Assembly (NCBI GenBank): GCA_963722995.1
Contig: CAVROW010000011.1
Location: forward strand, 303,644 to 367,643
Length of the DNA: 64,000 bases
Source: an uncultured Solirubrobacterales bacterium
Lineage (GTDB): Bacteria; Actinomycetota; Thermoleophilia; Solirubrobacterales; Solirubrobacteraceae
Direction: 5' to 3'
Below are positions 28,496-38,993 of the stretch, in pieces. How positions within the stretch are numbered: position 1 is the stretch's first letter; the number at the start of each line of letters is the position of its first letter. A program made the translations under genes and the position numbers. The notes beneath the pieces are model-generated. The model was not told the DNA's origin. It saw nothing but the letters and a program-made list of their open reading frames with translations, and ran no database searches.

Positions 28496-28740
28496 CCCGT
28501 GCCCACTCCCGCGAGCCGCCGCTCCAGCTCCGCCTCGTCAACGAACAGCTCGAACTCCTCCACTCCGTCGATCGTAACGACTGGGATGCGCTCTAGATAG
28601 GCGCGCAGGAGATCGATGTCCGTATCTATGTCACGTTCGTGTAACACGAATTCACATCGCGTCCGCACACGTTCGAGCACCGCGCGCGCGTCGTCGCACA
28701 GGCAGCATCCGTCGCGGCCATAGAGGACGACGTTCCTCAT
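28492..28740 (-). CDS. Glutaredoxin-like protein (DUF836)
   Basis: VLYGRDGCCLCDDA...IPVV; ATGA overlaps on both sides. Confidence 0.88.
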   Translation of the reverse strand: MRNVVLYGRDGCCLCDDARAVLERVRTRCEFVLHERDIDTDIDLLRAYLERIPVVTIDGVEEFELFVDEAELERRLAGVGTG

Positions 28741-29736
28741 CGCGCCACGAGAGCCCGTTCTCCTGTCGCATAAACGTCGAGCGACAGGTACTCCGGAAAG
28801 GGAAGCGCCGTGACGAACCTGGCGGCGCTGGCGATCATGGCCGCGTTGTCGGTGCAGAGCGCCACGGGAGGGCACGTCGAGCTCCACGCCGAGCGCGCCG
28901 AGGCGCTCGCGCAGCGGTCCGTTGGCGGCGACGCCGCCACCCACCGCGAGCCGGTCGAGACCGGTCTGGAGCAGCGCACGCTCCACGCGGATGGCGAGCG
29001 CCTCGACGATCGCCCGCTGGTAGGAGGCCGCGAGGTCGGCGCGCCGGCGCTCGACCTCCGCCTCGCCGAGGTCGCGCACGCGATACAGAAGCGCCGTCTT
29101 CAGCCCCGCGAACGAGAAGTCGAGTCCGCGCAACCGTGCGCCGGTCGGAAACTCGTACGCCCCGGGATCTCCGTCGCGCGCCAGCCGCTCGAGCGCCGGC
29201 CCACCGGGATAGCCGAGCCCGAGCAGCCGGGCGCCCTTGTCGAACGCCTCGCCTGCGGCGTCATCGAGCGTCTGGCCGATCACCTCGAGCTCCGGTCCGT
29301 GATCCTGCACGCGCGCGAGCAGCGTGTGCCCCCCGCTCGCGACCAGGCTGAGGAACGGCGGCTCGAACGGGTCGGGCGCGAGGAAGCCGGCCGCGACGTG
29401 ACCGTGCAGATGATCGACCGGCGCCAGCGGCAGGGCGAAGGATGCGGCCAGCGCCTTGGCCGTGGATACGCCCACGAGCAGCGCAGCGACCAGACCGGGC
29501 CCGGCGGTGACCGCGACGAGGTCGAGCTCGGCGAGCGAGGTGCCGGCGCGCTTCAGCGCGTCGTCGACCACATGCCCGATCAGATCCAAGTGGTGGCGCG
29601 AGGCGATCTCGGGCACGACGCCGCCGTAGCGGTCGTGCACTCCCTGCGAGGAGATCACGTTGGCGCGGATCGCGCCCTCCCAGGTGATCACCGCCGCGCA
29701 CGTGTCGTCGCAGCTGGTCTCGATCGCGAGGATCAC
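28737..29736 (-). CDS. tsaD: tRNA N6-adenosine threonylcarbamoyltransferase TsaD; indel near 28865
   Basis: ILAIETSCDDT; GGVVPEIASRHH; SGGHT; DDAAGEAFDK; CTDNAAMI in a shifted frame. Confidence 0.95.
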
Positions 29737-30242
29737 GTTGTCTGACTCGGGGCCGAGGCTGCCTGGGCGGTCCGCCACATGATCACCGCGTCCTCGCCGG
29801 TGTCCTGGTAGTAGCGCCGGCGCGTACCGGCCGCGCGGAATCCGAACCGCTCGTATAGGGCGATCGCGACCGTGTTCGAGGGCCGAACCTCGAGCGTGTA
29901 GGACTCCTCGGGGCCCGCCCGCTCGAGCATCTGCTCGAGCAGCGCCGTCGCGACGCCGCGGCGCCGGAGCGCCGGGTCGACGGCGATGTTCATCAGATGC
30001 CACACATCGGCGTAACGCGAGCAGATCAGGTAGCCGCCCACTCGCTCGGGTCGCCCGCGCCCTGCCCGTGTCTCCTCCTCGCCCGCCGTGAAGGCGGCCA
30101 GGCACACGCCGGAGGGCTTCGAGAGCTCGAGCACGAACATGGCCAGCGACCAGGGGGTCGGGAACGCGCGCCGCTCGATCGAGATCACCTGCGGCAGGTG
30201 CGAATAGCCGAGCGGCCGGATCGTGACGGAGTTCGTGCTCAT
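29733..30242 (-). CDS. rimI: Ribosomal-protein-alanine N-acetyltransferase
   Basis: IERRAFPTPWS; NIAVDP; LEVRPSN; RRRYY..EDA. Confidence 0.93.
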   Translation of the reverse strand: MSTNSVTIRPLGYSHLPQVISIERRAFPTPWSLAMFVLELSKPSGVCLAAFTAGEEETRAGRGRPERVGGYLICSRYADVWHLMNIAVDPALRRRGVATALLEQMLERAGPEESYTLEVRPSNTVAIALYERFGFRAAGTRRRYYQDTGEDAVIMWRTAQAASAPSQTT

Positions 30243-30954
30243 CGGGTGTGGGCGTTGCGGCGGGCGATCTCGGCGTCCGGAAGGCGCATGTAGCAGGGAT
30301 CCACCTGCTCGGGCGCTTCACCCGACATCCGCTGTGCGAGCTTGCAGTGGTTGGTGGCCGTAACCCGGTGAAGCTCGGAGTCGTGCTCCGGAACCAGCGC
30401 GCCCGAGCGCTCGAGAACCTCTCGGAATGCTAGCGCTCCGTTCCCGAGCGCCAGGATCGGCGCCGGCAGGCCGTCGAGCAACTCGCCGAGCGCGCCGGGT
30501 GCCGATCACGCGCGCGGGCAGCAGCTCGTGAGAGTCCGCGATCGCGTCGCGTCGCCAGCCGGCGACGAACACCTCGCGCCGGCGAGCGTCGATCACGGCG
30601 AGCACGGTCCCGGGCGCCTCCTCGAGGCCGCCGGCGTTGAGCGCCAGCGACCGGAGCGTCGAGACCCCGACGAGGGGGATCGACCGCGCTCGCGCCAGCG
30701 CCCGCGCTGTGGCAATCCCGATTCGCAGGCCGGTGAACGTCCCCGGGCCGACGCCGACCGCGATCCGGTCGAGCTCATCCCAGCCGATGCGCGCGCGCTC
30801 GAGGAGATCTACGGCGAGCGGCATCAACCTCGTCGCGTGGCCCGGGCGCTGACCCGGAACCGGGTCCTCGCGGGCTTCGAGCGTGATGCCGTCCGCGCCG
30901 CACAGCGCCACCGCGGTGGCGCGGCGTCGCCGTGTCGAGGGCGAGGATCTTCAC
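30239..30954 (-). CDS. tsaB: TsaB; indels near 30925 and 30500
   Basis: MKILALDTAT; GPGTFTGLRIG; IDARRREV; PCYMR. Confidence 0.92.
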
Positions 30955-31385
30955 CGGGCGTCCTCGATCTCCACGCACCGCCGGTCCCCACCGCCGTGCT
31001 CGATGCGAACGCGCGCGGCGATCCGGGAGAACCGCGCCACCGTGCCCTGCGCGTCGCGCGGCCACTCCACGAACGCGATCGCGTCCGGCCCCAGGTAGTC
31101 GGCGAGCAGCTCCGGGTCCTCCTCCTCGTCGAGGTCGGCGACGCGATAGAGGTCCAGGTGCGATACGGGCACCGGCGCCTCGTAGCGCTGCCCGATCGTG
31201 AACGTGGGGCTCGTGACGGGCGCCGCGACGCCAAGCGCCCGGGAGGCGCCGCGCACGAACGTGGTCTTGCCGGCGCCCAGGTCGCCCTCGACGAGGACGA
31301 CGTCGCCCGCGCTGAGCGTGGCGGCGAGCCGGGCACCGAGCTCCTCCGTCTGCTCGGGACTGGTCGTCTCGTGGCGCCGTCGCAT
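30951..31385 (-). CDS. tsaE: TsaE ATPase
   Basis: GDLGAGKT; SPTF; HLDLYR; VEW. Confidence 0.95.
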   Translation of the reverse strand: MRRRHETTSPEQTEELGARLAATLSAGDVVLVEGDLGAGKTTFVRGASRALGVAAPVTSPTFTIGQRYEAPVPVSHLDLYRVADLDEEEDPELLADYLGPDAIAFVEWPRDAQGTVARFSRIAARVRIEHGGGDRRCVEIEDAR

Positions 31386-31444
31386 GCGGTGCTCTGAGGG
31401 TAGAGCTCCGACGGTCGTGCGACGCGTTCGGTACCGTCATCGCG

Positions 31445-32828
31445 ATGACCGAACCGCGCGCCCGACGAGCACGCGCGGACCGGACGCCTCGGCGCGCTCC
31501 GGCAGCGCTACGAGCCCCAGCTCGCCAATCTGCGCGGCTCCGACACGGCCAAGGCGGCCGGGCTGGCCGGCGCGATGGTGGTCAACAACGTGATCGCGCT
31601 CGGCTCGACGATCGTGTTCGCCCGGTTGCTCAGCGACTACGGCTCACTGGCCGCGCTCGTCAGCTACTTCCTGATCCTCGCCGTCGCCGGCTACGCGATG
31701 CAGGTGGCGACCGCGCGCGAGGCGGTGCTCGGCCATCTCGGCGTCGGCGGCAGCCTGGCGGCCACGGTGCGCAACTGGACCAAGGTCCTGCTCGTGTTCA
31801 CCGCGCTCATGACCGTGGTCTCGATCCTCGTGCGCCACCCCATCGCCCAAGCGGTGGGCGTCAAGCAGGACTGGGCGGCCGCGCTCGGCATCCCCGCCGG
31901 CTGCCTGTACCTGCTGCTCTGCATCATGCGCGGCGTCCTCCAGGGTCTCGGCGACTACAAGGCGGTGGGCATCAGCCTGATCGGCGAGCAGGCCGCCCGA
32001 CTCGTCGTCGGCGCCGTGCTGGCCGCCGCCGGCCTCGGCGTCACCGGCGCGTACCTCGGAACGCCGCTGTCGTTCGTGGCGATGATGGTCTACTGCGCGA
32101 TCCCGCTGCGGCGCCACCTCGGGCGCGCCAAGCGCGACGAGCCGCCGGCGCTCGGGCTCGGCGTCCACGTCTACCGCGCCTGGGCTCCGATCGCCGCCCT
32201 GGCGGTGATCGCGGTGCTCCAGAACATCGACATCATCGCCGCCAAGCATCGGTTCACGAGCGCGGTGGCGAGCTCGTACAGCGCCACCGGCGTGGCCGCC
32301 AAGGTGGTGATCTGGGTGGCCATGGGAGCCGGCTTCTACCTCGTTCCTGAGGTCTCGCGCCGGCGGGCCGCGGGCGAGGACACGCGCCCGGTGCTGGCCA
32401 AGGCGCTGGCGATCATTGGCGTGGCCGCCGTGCCCTGCCTGCTGATCTACGGCGCGGCGCCGAGGCTGCTCCTGCGGGTGGCGTTCGGGCCCAAGCGGCT
32501 GCTGGCCGTCGATTCGCTGTTGATCCTCGGCGTGGCCTTCACCCTGCTCGCCGCGACGTACCTGGCCGTCCAGTACCTGCTGGCGCTGAAGCGCACCTGG
32601 TTCTTGATCGCACTCGGCGCGGTGGCGGTGGCGGAGCCGTTCTTGCTCTCGAGCGCGTCGCGCAAGCCCGCCGGGTTCGCCACCGTGGTGCTCGCGGTCC
32701 AGGCCGTGGGCGCGCTGCTCGCGTTCGGGCTCGCGCTGCGACGCGAGCAGCCGCCACCGGCCGCGCCGCCGCCCGCGCGGGACCCCGCCGCCGCCGAGGC
32801 GGACCTGGTGCCGGCATCTACGGCGTAA
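31445..32828 (+). CDS. Polysaccharide-flippase/MATE-like multi-TM protein; probable indel near the N-terminus
   Basis: About 12 hydrophobic segments; LARL..DYGSL; RGVLQG; DIIAAKH. Confidence 0.75.
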
Positions 32829-32835
32829 GCCGTCT

Positions 32836-33560
32836 TCAGAACAGGCCGAGCTGGGCCGCTGCCGGCTCGGGTTCGAGGAGCCGCGGCGGCGCCTCGACGT
32901 CCCCGAGCTCCTCGAGCTCGGCTCCGAGCTCGCTCGAGCTCCGGCAGCTCCTCGACCGGCTCCGGCTGCTCGGGCGGCCCGAGCGCCAGCAGGGCGGGGA
33001 TGCGATGGAAGTCGGCGCGCAGCGTCTCGAGCATCGACGGCGTGTACAGCGCCGCCGCCGGGTGATACAGCGGGTACAGGCGCACGGCGCGAGTGCCGAT
33101 GATCCGCTCCTCCTCGCGCCCGTGCAGGCGCGAGATGCCCACCGTGTCCTCCCGCAGCAGCTTGGTCGAGAAGTTGCCCAGCGTGCAGATCACGGTCGGC
33201 TCGATCAGGTCGACCTGCCGGCGCAGGTAGTCCTGGCAGGCGGCGATCTCGTTGGGGTGGGGATCGCGGTTGTTGGGTGGCCTGCATTTGATCGTGTTGC
33301 AGATGAACACGTCGCTCCGCGGCCAGCCCGATCTCGCCGAGCAGCTTGTCGAGCAGCTTCCCGGCCTGCCCGACGAACGGCAGCCCCATCCGGTCCTCGT
33401 TGGCCCCGGGCGCCTCACCGATGAACATCAGGTCGGCATCGGCGTTGCCGGCGCCGAACACGACGGTGCTCCGCGTGGTGTGCAGCGGGCAGCGAACGCA
33501 CCCGCGGGCCTCCTCGTAGACGACCTTCAACGCGTCGCGGCGCTCGGCGGCAGTCCTCAC
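32836..33560 (-). CDS. Family-4 uracil-DNA glycosylase (4Fe-4S); indel near 33320
   Basis: CVRCPL; GEAPG; PFVG; KCRPP; YHPAA; ends QLGLF. Confidence 0.92.
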
Positions 33561-33695
33561 GCCGGCGATGGTAAACCGGGGCGCTGACGGCTCCGGCGCC
33601 GATTTCCCGCAACCAGCGAGGTCTCTCCGGCAGAGGCGTGTCGAGTTACGGGAAATATGGGCCCGTTTCTCGACACGCCCCCCGTGTGAGATGGG

Positions 33696-33732
33696 GCACA
33701 CGCGGATTCGAGTTGACGCACACGCGGATTCG
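33696..33732 (+). repeat. 15-bp direct repeat (22-bp period) in the udg/pan divergent promoter region
   Basis: GCACACGCGGATTCG at 33696-33710 and 33718-33732; TATCCT at 33749-33754. Confidence 0.8.
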
Positions 33733-33819
33733 GGCCCTCGCGCGCGGGTATCCTGGGTGCCGAGGCCGTCACTCGCCCGAGGACGGACCTCGAAGCCAAC
33801 AGCACCGCAACTTCACCCA

Positions 33820-33853
33820 CCGACCGGTATCTCCGATGCGGGAACTGGAACGG
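33820..33853 (+). ncRNA. Candidate pan-motif-like cis-regulatory hairpin
   Basis: CCG-A-CCGGU-A-UCUC-cgaugc-GGGA-ACUGG-AA-CGG stem with unpaired A residues, directly at the start of the pan operon. Confidence 0.6.
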
Positions 33854-34607
33854 ACCCCCTCCCTTCCTTCCGAGGACACCCCTGCCTGCACCCGCCTGGC
33901 CATCGTTGGCCGGGGCCGGCTCGGGAACGCGCTGGCCGAGGCGCTCGCCCACGGCCGCTACGAGATCGCCGGGCCGCTCGCGCGCGGAGCGGACGGCGCC
34001 GGCGCCGAGGTCGTCCTGCTGTGCGTCCCCGACCGGGAGATCGCGGCCGCCGCGGCGCCGGCTCGCGCCCGGCCGAGTGGTCGGGCACTGCTCGGGAGTC
34101 ACCCCGCTCGAGGCCCTGACCCCCCACGAGCGCTTCTCGCTGCACCCGCTGATGACGGTGACCGACGGCGTCCCGCCCCGGTTCGCCGACGCCGGCGCGG
34201 CGATCGCCGGCAGCACCCCGCGCGCCCTCGAGCTCGCCTCCGAGCTCGCCGGCATCCTCGGCATGCACCCGATCCAGATCGCGGACGAGGACCGCGCCGC
34301 CTACCACGCCGCGGCCTCGATCGCATCGAACTTCCTCGTCACGCTCGAGGCGGCGGCCGAGCGCCTGGCGCGTACCGCCGGCGTCGAGCGCGAGCTGCTC
34401 GTGCCCCTGGTCCGCGCCACCGTCGAGAACTGGGCCGCGCTCGGCGCGCGCGCCCTGACCGGCCCGGTGGCGCGCGGAGACGAACCGACGGTGGATCTCC
34501 AGCGAGCGGCGCTGCACGAACGCGCGCCGGACCTCGTCGGCCTGTTCGACGCGCTCGCGGCCGCGACCCGCGAGCTCGCTCGCGACCCTGAGGCCCAGCC
34601 CGCATGA
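33836..34607 (+). CDS. Rossmann-like/DUF2520 protein, probable ketopantoate reductase (PanG-type); indel near 34055
   Basis: AIVGRGRLG; LCVPD; HCSG; LHPLMT; YHAAASIASN; LTGPVARGD; first gene of the pan operon. Confidence 0.85.
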
Positions 34608-35459
34608 ACACCGTGCGCACCGTGGCCGAGTTGCGTGCGGCGCTGCAGCCGGCCCGCCGTGAGTGGCCGCACGATCGGGCTGGTCCCGACGATGGGCGCC
34701 TTCCACGAGGGCCACCTGTCGCTGATGCGCCGGGCCCGCGCCGAGTGTGACCTCGCGGTCGTGTCCCTGTTCGTCAACCCGGCCCAGTTCAACGAGGCCG
34801 CCGACCTCGATCGCTACCCCCGCGACGAGGAGCGCGACGCGGCACTCGCGCAGGCCGAAGGCGTCGACTACCTGTTCGCCCCGCCCGAAGCCGAGGTGTA
34901 CCCGGCCGGCTTCGCCACCACCGTGTCGGTCTCCACGCTCACCGACACGCTCGAGGGCGCCGCCCGCGGCCGCGCTCACTTCGACGCCGTCGCCACGGTG
35001 GTCACGAAGCTCCTCAACATGGTCGCCCCGGACGTTGCCTACTTCGGCCAGAAGGACGCCCAGCAGGCGCTCGTGATCGAGCAGGTCGTCCGGGACCTCA
35101 ACATCCCCGTGCGGGTCGCGGTTTGCCCGACCGCACGCGAACCCGACGGACTTGCCCTGTCGAGCCGGAACGCGCGTCTCTCTCCCGGCGAGCGCGCTCG
35201 CGCCGCCGCGCTGCATCGCGCCCTGAACGCCATCGACGAGGCCGTGGCCGAAGGCGAGCGTGACCCCGCGAAGGCGCGGACGCCCGCCCTCTCCGAGCTG
35301 CGCGCGGCGCAGATCGAACCCGACTACCTGGAGCTCGTCGACCCCCGCACGCTCGCGCCGGTCACCCACATCAACGGCGAGACGCTCGCCGTGGTGGCCG
35401 CCCGCGTCGGCGAGACGCGACTCATCGACAACCACACGATCACGGACGGGAGCCGCTGA
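34604..35459 (+). CDS. panC: Pantothenate synthetase; indel near 34660
   Basis: VPTMGAFHEGH; FVNPAQF; FGQKDAQQ; REPDGLALSSRN; RLIDN. Confidence 0.96.
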
Positions 35460-35462
35460 GGC

Positions 35463-35853
35463 ATGCATCGAACGATGCTCAAATCGAAGATCCACCGGGC
35501 GACGGTGACCGACTGCGACCTGCACTACGTCGGCTCGATCACGATCGACCCCGAGCTGCTCGAGGCCGCCGACATCCGCGAGTTCGAGCAGGTCGCCGTG
35601 GTCGACGTGGACAACGGCGCGCGCTTTGAGACCTACACGATCGCCGGCGCGCCGGGCTCGGGCGAGATGAAGGTCAACGGCGCCGCCGCCCGCCTCGTGC
35701 ACCAGGGCGACACGATCATCGTGATCTCCTATGGAATCTACGACGCCCGAGGACCTGGACCACTACACCCCCCGCGTGGTCCACGTCAACCAGACCAACC
35801 AAATCATCACCGTCGACGCGCAGGTCGAGACCCTGCTCACGCCGGCCGCCTAG
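35463..35853 (+). CDS. panD: Aspartate 1-decarboxylase; indel near 35745
   Basis: [12 protein letters not shown]; YVGSITID; NGARFETY; NGAAA. Confidence 0.96.
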
Positions 35854-35867
35854 AGAGGACCAGAGCC

Positions 35868-36764
35868 ATGTCCGCAACCCCCCGCACCCCGGTTCCGCAC
35901 AGCCTCCAGGAGCCGCTGCCCATGACCCTCCCGCGGCTGGCCGAGAAAAAGCGGCTCGGCGAGCCGATCGTGATGATCACCGCCTACGACTATCCCTCGG
36001 CCCAGGTGGCCCAGGAGGCGGGCGTCGATGTCGTGCTCGTCGGCGACTCGGGGGCGATGACCGTGCTCGGCTACCCGAGCACCGTCCCGGTCTCGACCGA
36101 CGAGATGTTGATGCTGGCGAGTGCCGTCCGCCGCGGCCTCCGCACGCCGCTGCTCGTGGGCGATCTCCCGTTCGGCTCCTACGAGGCCTCGGACGAGCAG
36201 GCCATCGCCACCGCCCAGCGGTTCGTCAAGGAGGCCGGCTGCGACGCCGTCAAGCTCGAGCGCGGCGGCACGAGCGTGCAGCGCGCCCGCGCGATCGTCG
36301 ACGCCGGCATCCCGGTGATGGGCCACGTCGGCCTCACGCCGCAGACGGCGACCGCCCTCGGCGGCTACAAGGCCCAGGGCCGCACAGCTGAGAAGGCAGT
36401 TCACGTCGCACGTGACGCGCTCGCGCTCGAGCAAGCCGGCTGCTTCTCGATCGTGTTCGAAGCGATCCCGGCCGCGGTCTCGGAGATCGTGGTCGAAAAG
36501 CTCGAGGTGCCGGTCATCGGGATCGGCGCCGGGCCCGCCACCGACGGCCAGGTGCTCGTGTTCCACGACCTGCTCGGGATCTACGACGGCCACGCTCCGC
36601 GGTTCGCCAAGCGCTTCGGCGAGATCAAGGCCCAGATGGTCGCCGGCGTGGCCGAGTACGCGGCCGAGGTGCGCAGCCGCGCCTTCCCCGCCCCCGAGCA
36701 CACGTACTCGATCGACGACGAGGAGCTCGCACGTTTCCGCAACACGCTGGAGACGCAGCCGTGA
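35868..36764 (+). CDS. panB: 3-methyl-2-oxobutanoate hydroxymethyltransferase
   Basis: MITAYD; LVGDS; DLPFGSY; VKLE; GHVGLTPQ; DGQVLV. Confidence 0.97.
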   Translation: MSATPRTPVPHSLQEPLPMTLPRLAEKKRLGEPIVMITAYDYPSAQVAQEAGVDVVLVGDSGAMTVLGYPSTVPVSTDEMLMLASAVRRGLRTPLLVGDLPFGSYEASDEQAIATAQRFVKEAGCDAVKLERGGTSVQRARAIVDAGIPVMGHVGLTPQTATALGGYKAQGRTAEKAVHVARDALALEQAGCFSIVFEAIPAAVSEIVVEKLEVPVIGIGAGPATDGQVLVFHDLLGIYDGHAPRFAKRFGEIKAQMVAGVAEYAAEVRSRAFPAPEHTYSIDDEELARFRNTLETQP

Positions 36765-36803
36765 GCGCAGCACGCTGACTGCCGCGACGAATACCATGGG
36801 CCG

Positions 36804-37430
36804 ATGCCACGCGTCACCCAGGTATTCGCCTCTCGCGACCGGGTGTACTTCGAGCTGTTCGAGGAAGCCGGCCGGAACATCCTCAAGGCGGCCGAGCTGC
36901 TCGACCGGCTCCTGTCCGACTACCCGGAGAACAAGGAGCTGGCCGCCGAGATCCTCGACCTCGAGCACGAAGGCGACCGGATCGTCCACGACATCGTCCA
37001 CCGCCTCAACCAGACCTTCGTCACCCCGATCGACCGAGAGGACATCCTCGCGCTCGCCTCGGCCCTCGACGACATCGTCGACTACACCGAGGAGGTCGCC
37101 GACTATCTCGGCCTGTACCGGATCGAGGCGCCGATGGATCAGGCCATCCGCCTGGCCCACGTGCTCAAGGAAGCCGCCCATCAGATCGCGGAGGCGATTC
37201 CCCGCCTGCGCGCGTTCCGAGACATCTCGCACTACACGGTCGAGATCAACCGGCTGGAGAACGAGGGCGACCGGATCGTGCGGGAGGCGGTCGCCTCGCT
37301 GTTCGACGGCGGCATCGACCCGATGGTGGTGATCCGCTGGAAGGACGTGTTCGAGCGCCTCGAGGCGGCGATCGACGCCACCGAGCGCGTGGCCAACATC
37401 ATGGAAGGGATCGTTATTAAGAACTCTTAG
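36804..37430 (+). CDS. DUF47 / PhoU-like phosphate-transport accessory protein
   Basis: LEHEGD; TFVTPIDREDI; LDDIVD; LENEGD; IVIKNS. Confidence 0.9.
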   Translation: MPRVTQVFASRDRVYFELFEEAGRNILKAAELLDRLLSDYPENKELAAEILDLEHEGDRIVHDIVHRLNQTFVTPIDREDILALASALDDIVDYTEEVADYLGLYRIEAPMDQAIRLAHVLKEAAHQIAEAIPRLRAFRDISHYTVEINRLENEGDRIVREAVASLFDGGIDPMVVIRWKDVFERLEAAIDATERVANIMEGIVIKNS

Positions 37431-37482
37431 GCTCGGGCGTATCGCTATTGGCAACACCCGGGCCGTGATGTAGCTTGCGCGC

Positions 37483-38298
37483 GTGGAGACGAGGGTGGAG
37501 TCCACGGATGGTGGCTTGTCGGTGCGCGGGATCAGCGTCACGTTTGCCGGCATCAAGGCGCTCGAGGATGTCTCGCTCGAGCTCAACAAGGGCGAGGTGC
37601 TCGGGGTCATCGGGCCCAACGGCGCGGGCAAGACCACCCTGTTCAACGTCATCTGCGGCTTCGTCAAACCGCTCGCGGGCACGCTCAGCTGGCGCGGCAC
37701 CTCGCTGAACGCCGTCCGGCCCGACCGCCTCGCCTCACTTGGAATCGCTCGGACGCTCCAGGGGGTGGGCCTGTTCCCGCAGCTGACCGCGCTCGAGAAC
37801 GTGATGCTCGGCGCGCACCGGTTCCGGCGCGCGAACCTGTTCAGCGCGATGCTCGCGCTGCCCTGGTCAGATATCGACGAGCGCCGGCTCGCCGAACGCG
37901 CCCGCGTCGCGCTCGAGCGCCTCGAATGCGAAGACGTGGCCGACCGCCTGCCGCCGACGTTGCCCTACGCGGTCCAGAAGCGGGTGGCGCTGGCGCGGGC
38001 GCTGGCGTGCGAGCCCGAGCTGCTTCTGCTCGACGAGCCCGCCGGCGGGCTGGGGGCCAGCGAGATGTCCGACCTGGCCAGGTTGATCGACTCGCTCGGG
38101 AACTCGATCGCGGTGCTGCTCGTGGACCACCACATGGACCTCGTCACCTCGGTTTGCGACCGGGTCGTGGTGCTCGACTTCGGGCGGGTCATCGCCGATG
38201 GGCCGGCGCCGGCGGTCCGGCAGGACCCGAAGGTGCTCGAGGCCTACCTGGGGCGGGAAGCCGAGGACGCAGCTTCGGAGGGCGCGCCGAGTGCTTGA
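37483..38298 (+). CDS. HAAT (Liv-type) ABC ATPase, LivG-like
   Basis: GPNGAGKTT; IARTLQ; LLDEPAGG; EAYLG. Confidence 0.92.
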   Translation: METRVESTDGGLSVRGISVTFAGIKALEDVSLELNKGEVLGVIGPNGAGKTTLFNVICGFVKPLAGTLSWRGTSLNAVRPDRLASLGIARTLQGVGLFPQLTALENVMLGAHRFRRANLFSAMLALPWSDIDERRLAERARVALERLECEDVADRLPPTLPYAVQKRVALARALACEPELLLLDEPAGGLGASEMSDLARLIDSLGNSIAVLLVDHHMDLVTSVCDRVVVLDFGRVIADGPAPAVRQDPKVLEAYLGREAEDAASEGAPSA

Positions 38299-38989
38299 GA
38301 TCAATGGGCTGACGACCGACTACGGCCCGGTGCGGGCGGTCAATCAGGTGTCCTTCGAGGTCGCGGAGGGCTCGGTCACCGCCGTGCTCGGGGCCAACGG
38401 CGCCGGCAAGACGACGCTGTTGCGGACGATCACCGGACTGGTGCGGCCCTCGGCGGGGACGATTCTGTTCGACGGCCGGGACATCACCGGGCGGCCGGTC
38501 GAGGAGATCGTGCGCCGCGGGGTGTCGCTCGTGCCCGAGGGCCGCGGCGTGATCGCCGAGCTCACCGTGGAGGAGAACCTCCGCCTCGGCGGCCTCTGGC
38601 GCGGGCGCGAGGCGGCTTCGCTTCAGGAGATCTACGACCTGTTCCCGCGCCTGCGCGAGCGCGACAAGCAGCGCGCTTCGAGCCTCTCGGGGGGTGAGCG
38701 CCAGATGCTCTCGATCGGCCGCGCGCTGGTCGGCCGCCCGCGCGCGCTGCTGCTCGACGAGCCCTCGCTCGGCCTCGCCCCGCTGCTCGTCGCGCAGATC
38801 ATGGGGATGATCCGCCGGCTGGCCGACACGCTCGGCCTGGCCGTGCTGCTGGTGGAGCAGAATGCGCGCAGCGCGCTGTCGATCGCCAACCGCGGGATCG
38901 TCCTCGGGCTCGGCAAGGTCGTGGCCGACCACTCGCCAGAGGAGCTCGTGGCCGACGAGCGCCTGCGTCACGCCTACCTCGGGTTCTGA
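38291..38989 (+). CDS. HAAT ABC ATPase, LivF-like
   Basis: GANGAGKTT; LSGGERQM; DEPSLGLAP; VEQNA; AYLG. Confidence 0.93.
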   Translation: MLEINGLTTDYGPVRAVNQVSFEVAEGSVTAVLGANGAGKTTLLRTITGLVRPSAGTILFDGRDITGRPVEEIVRRGVSLVPEGRGVIAELTVEENLRLGGLWRGREAASLQEIYDLFPRLRERDKQRASSLSGGERQMLSIGRALVGRPRALLLDEPSLGLAPLLVAQIMGMIRRLADTLGLAVLLVEQNARSALSIANRGIVLGLGKVVADHSPEELVADERLRHAYLGF

Positions 38990-38993
38990 TCGC

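Noticed and set aside
28492-30321. 609-aa TsaD-glutaredoxin fusion ORF
   Set aside because: Indel near 28865; the TsaD C-terminus (CTDNAAMI) is in another frame with its own stop
35463-36764. Apparent PanD-PanB fusion in the ORF track
   Set aside because: Produced by an indel near 35745; panD has its own TAG at 35851 and panB its own RBS and ATG at 35868
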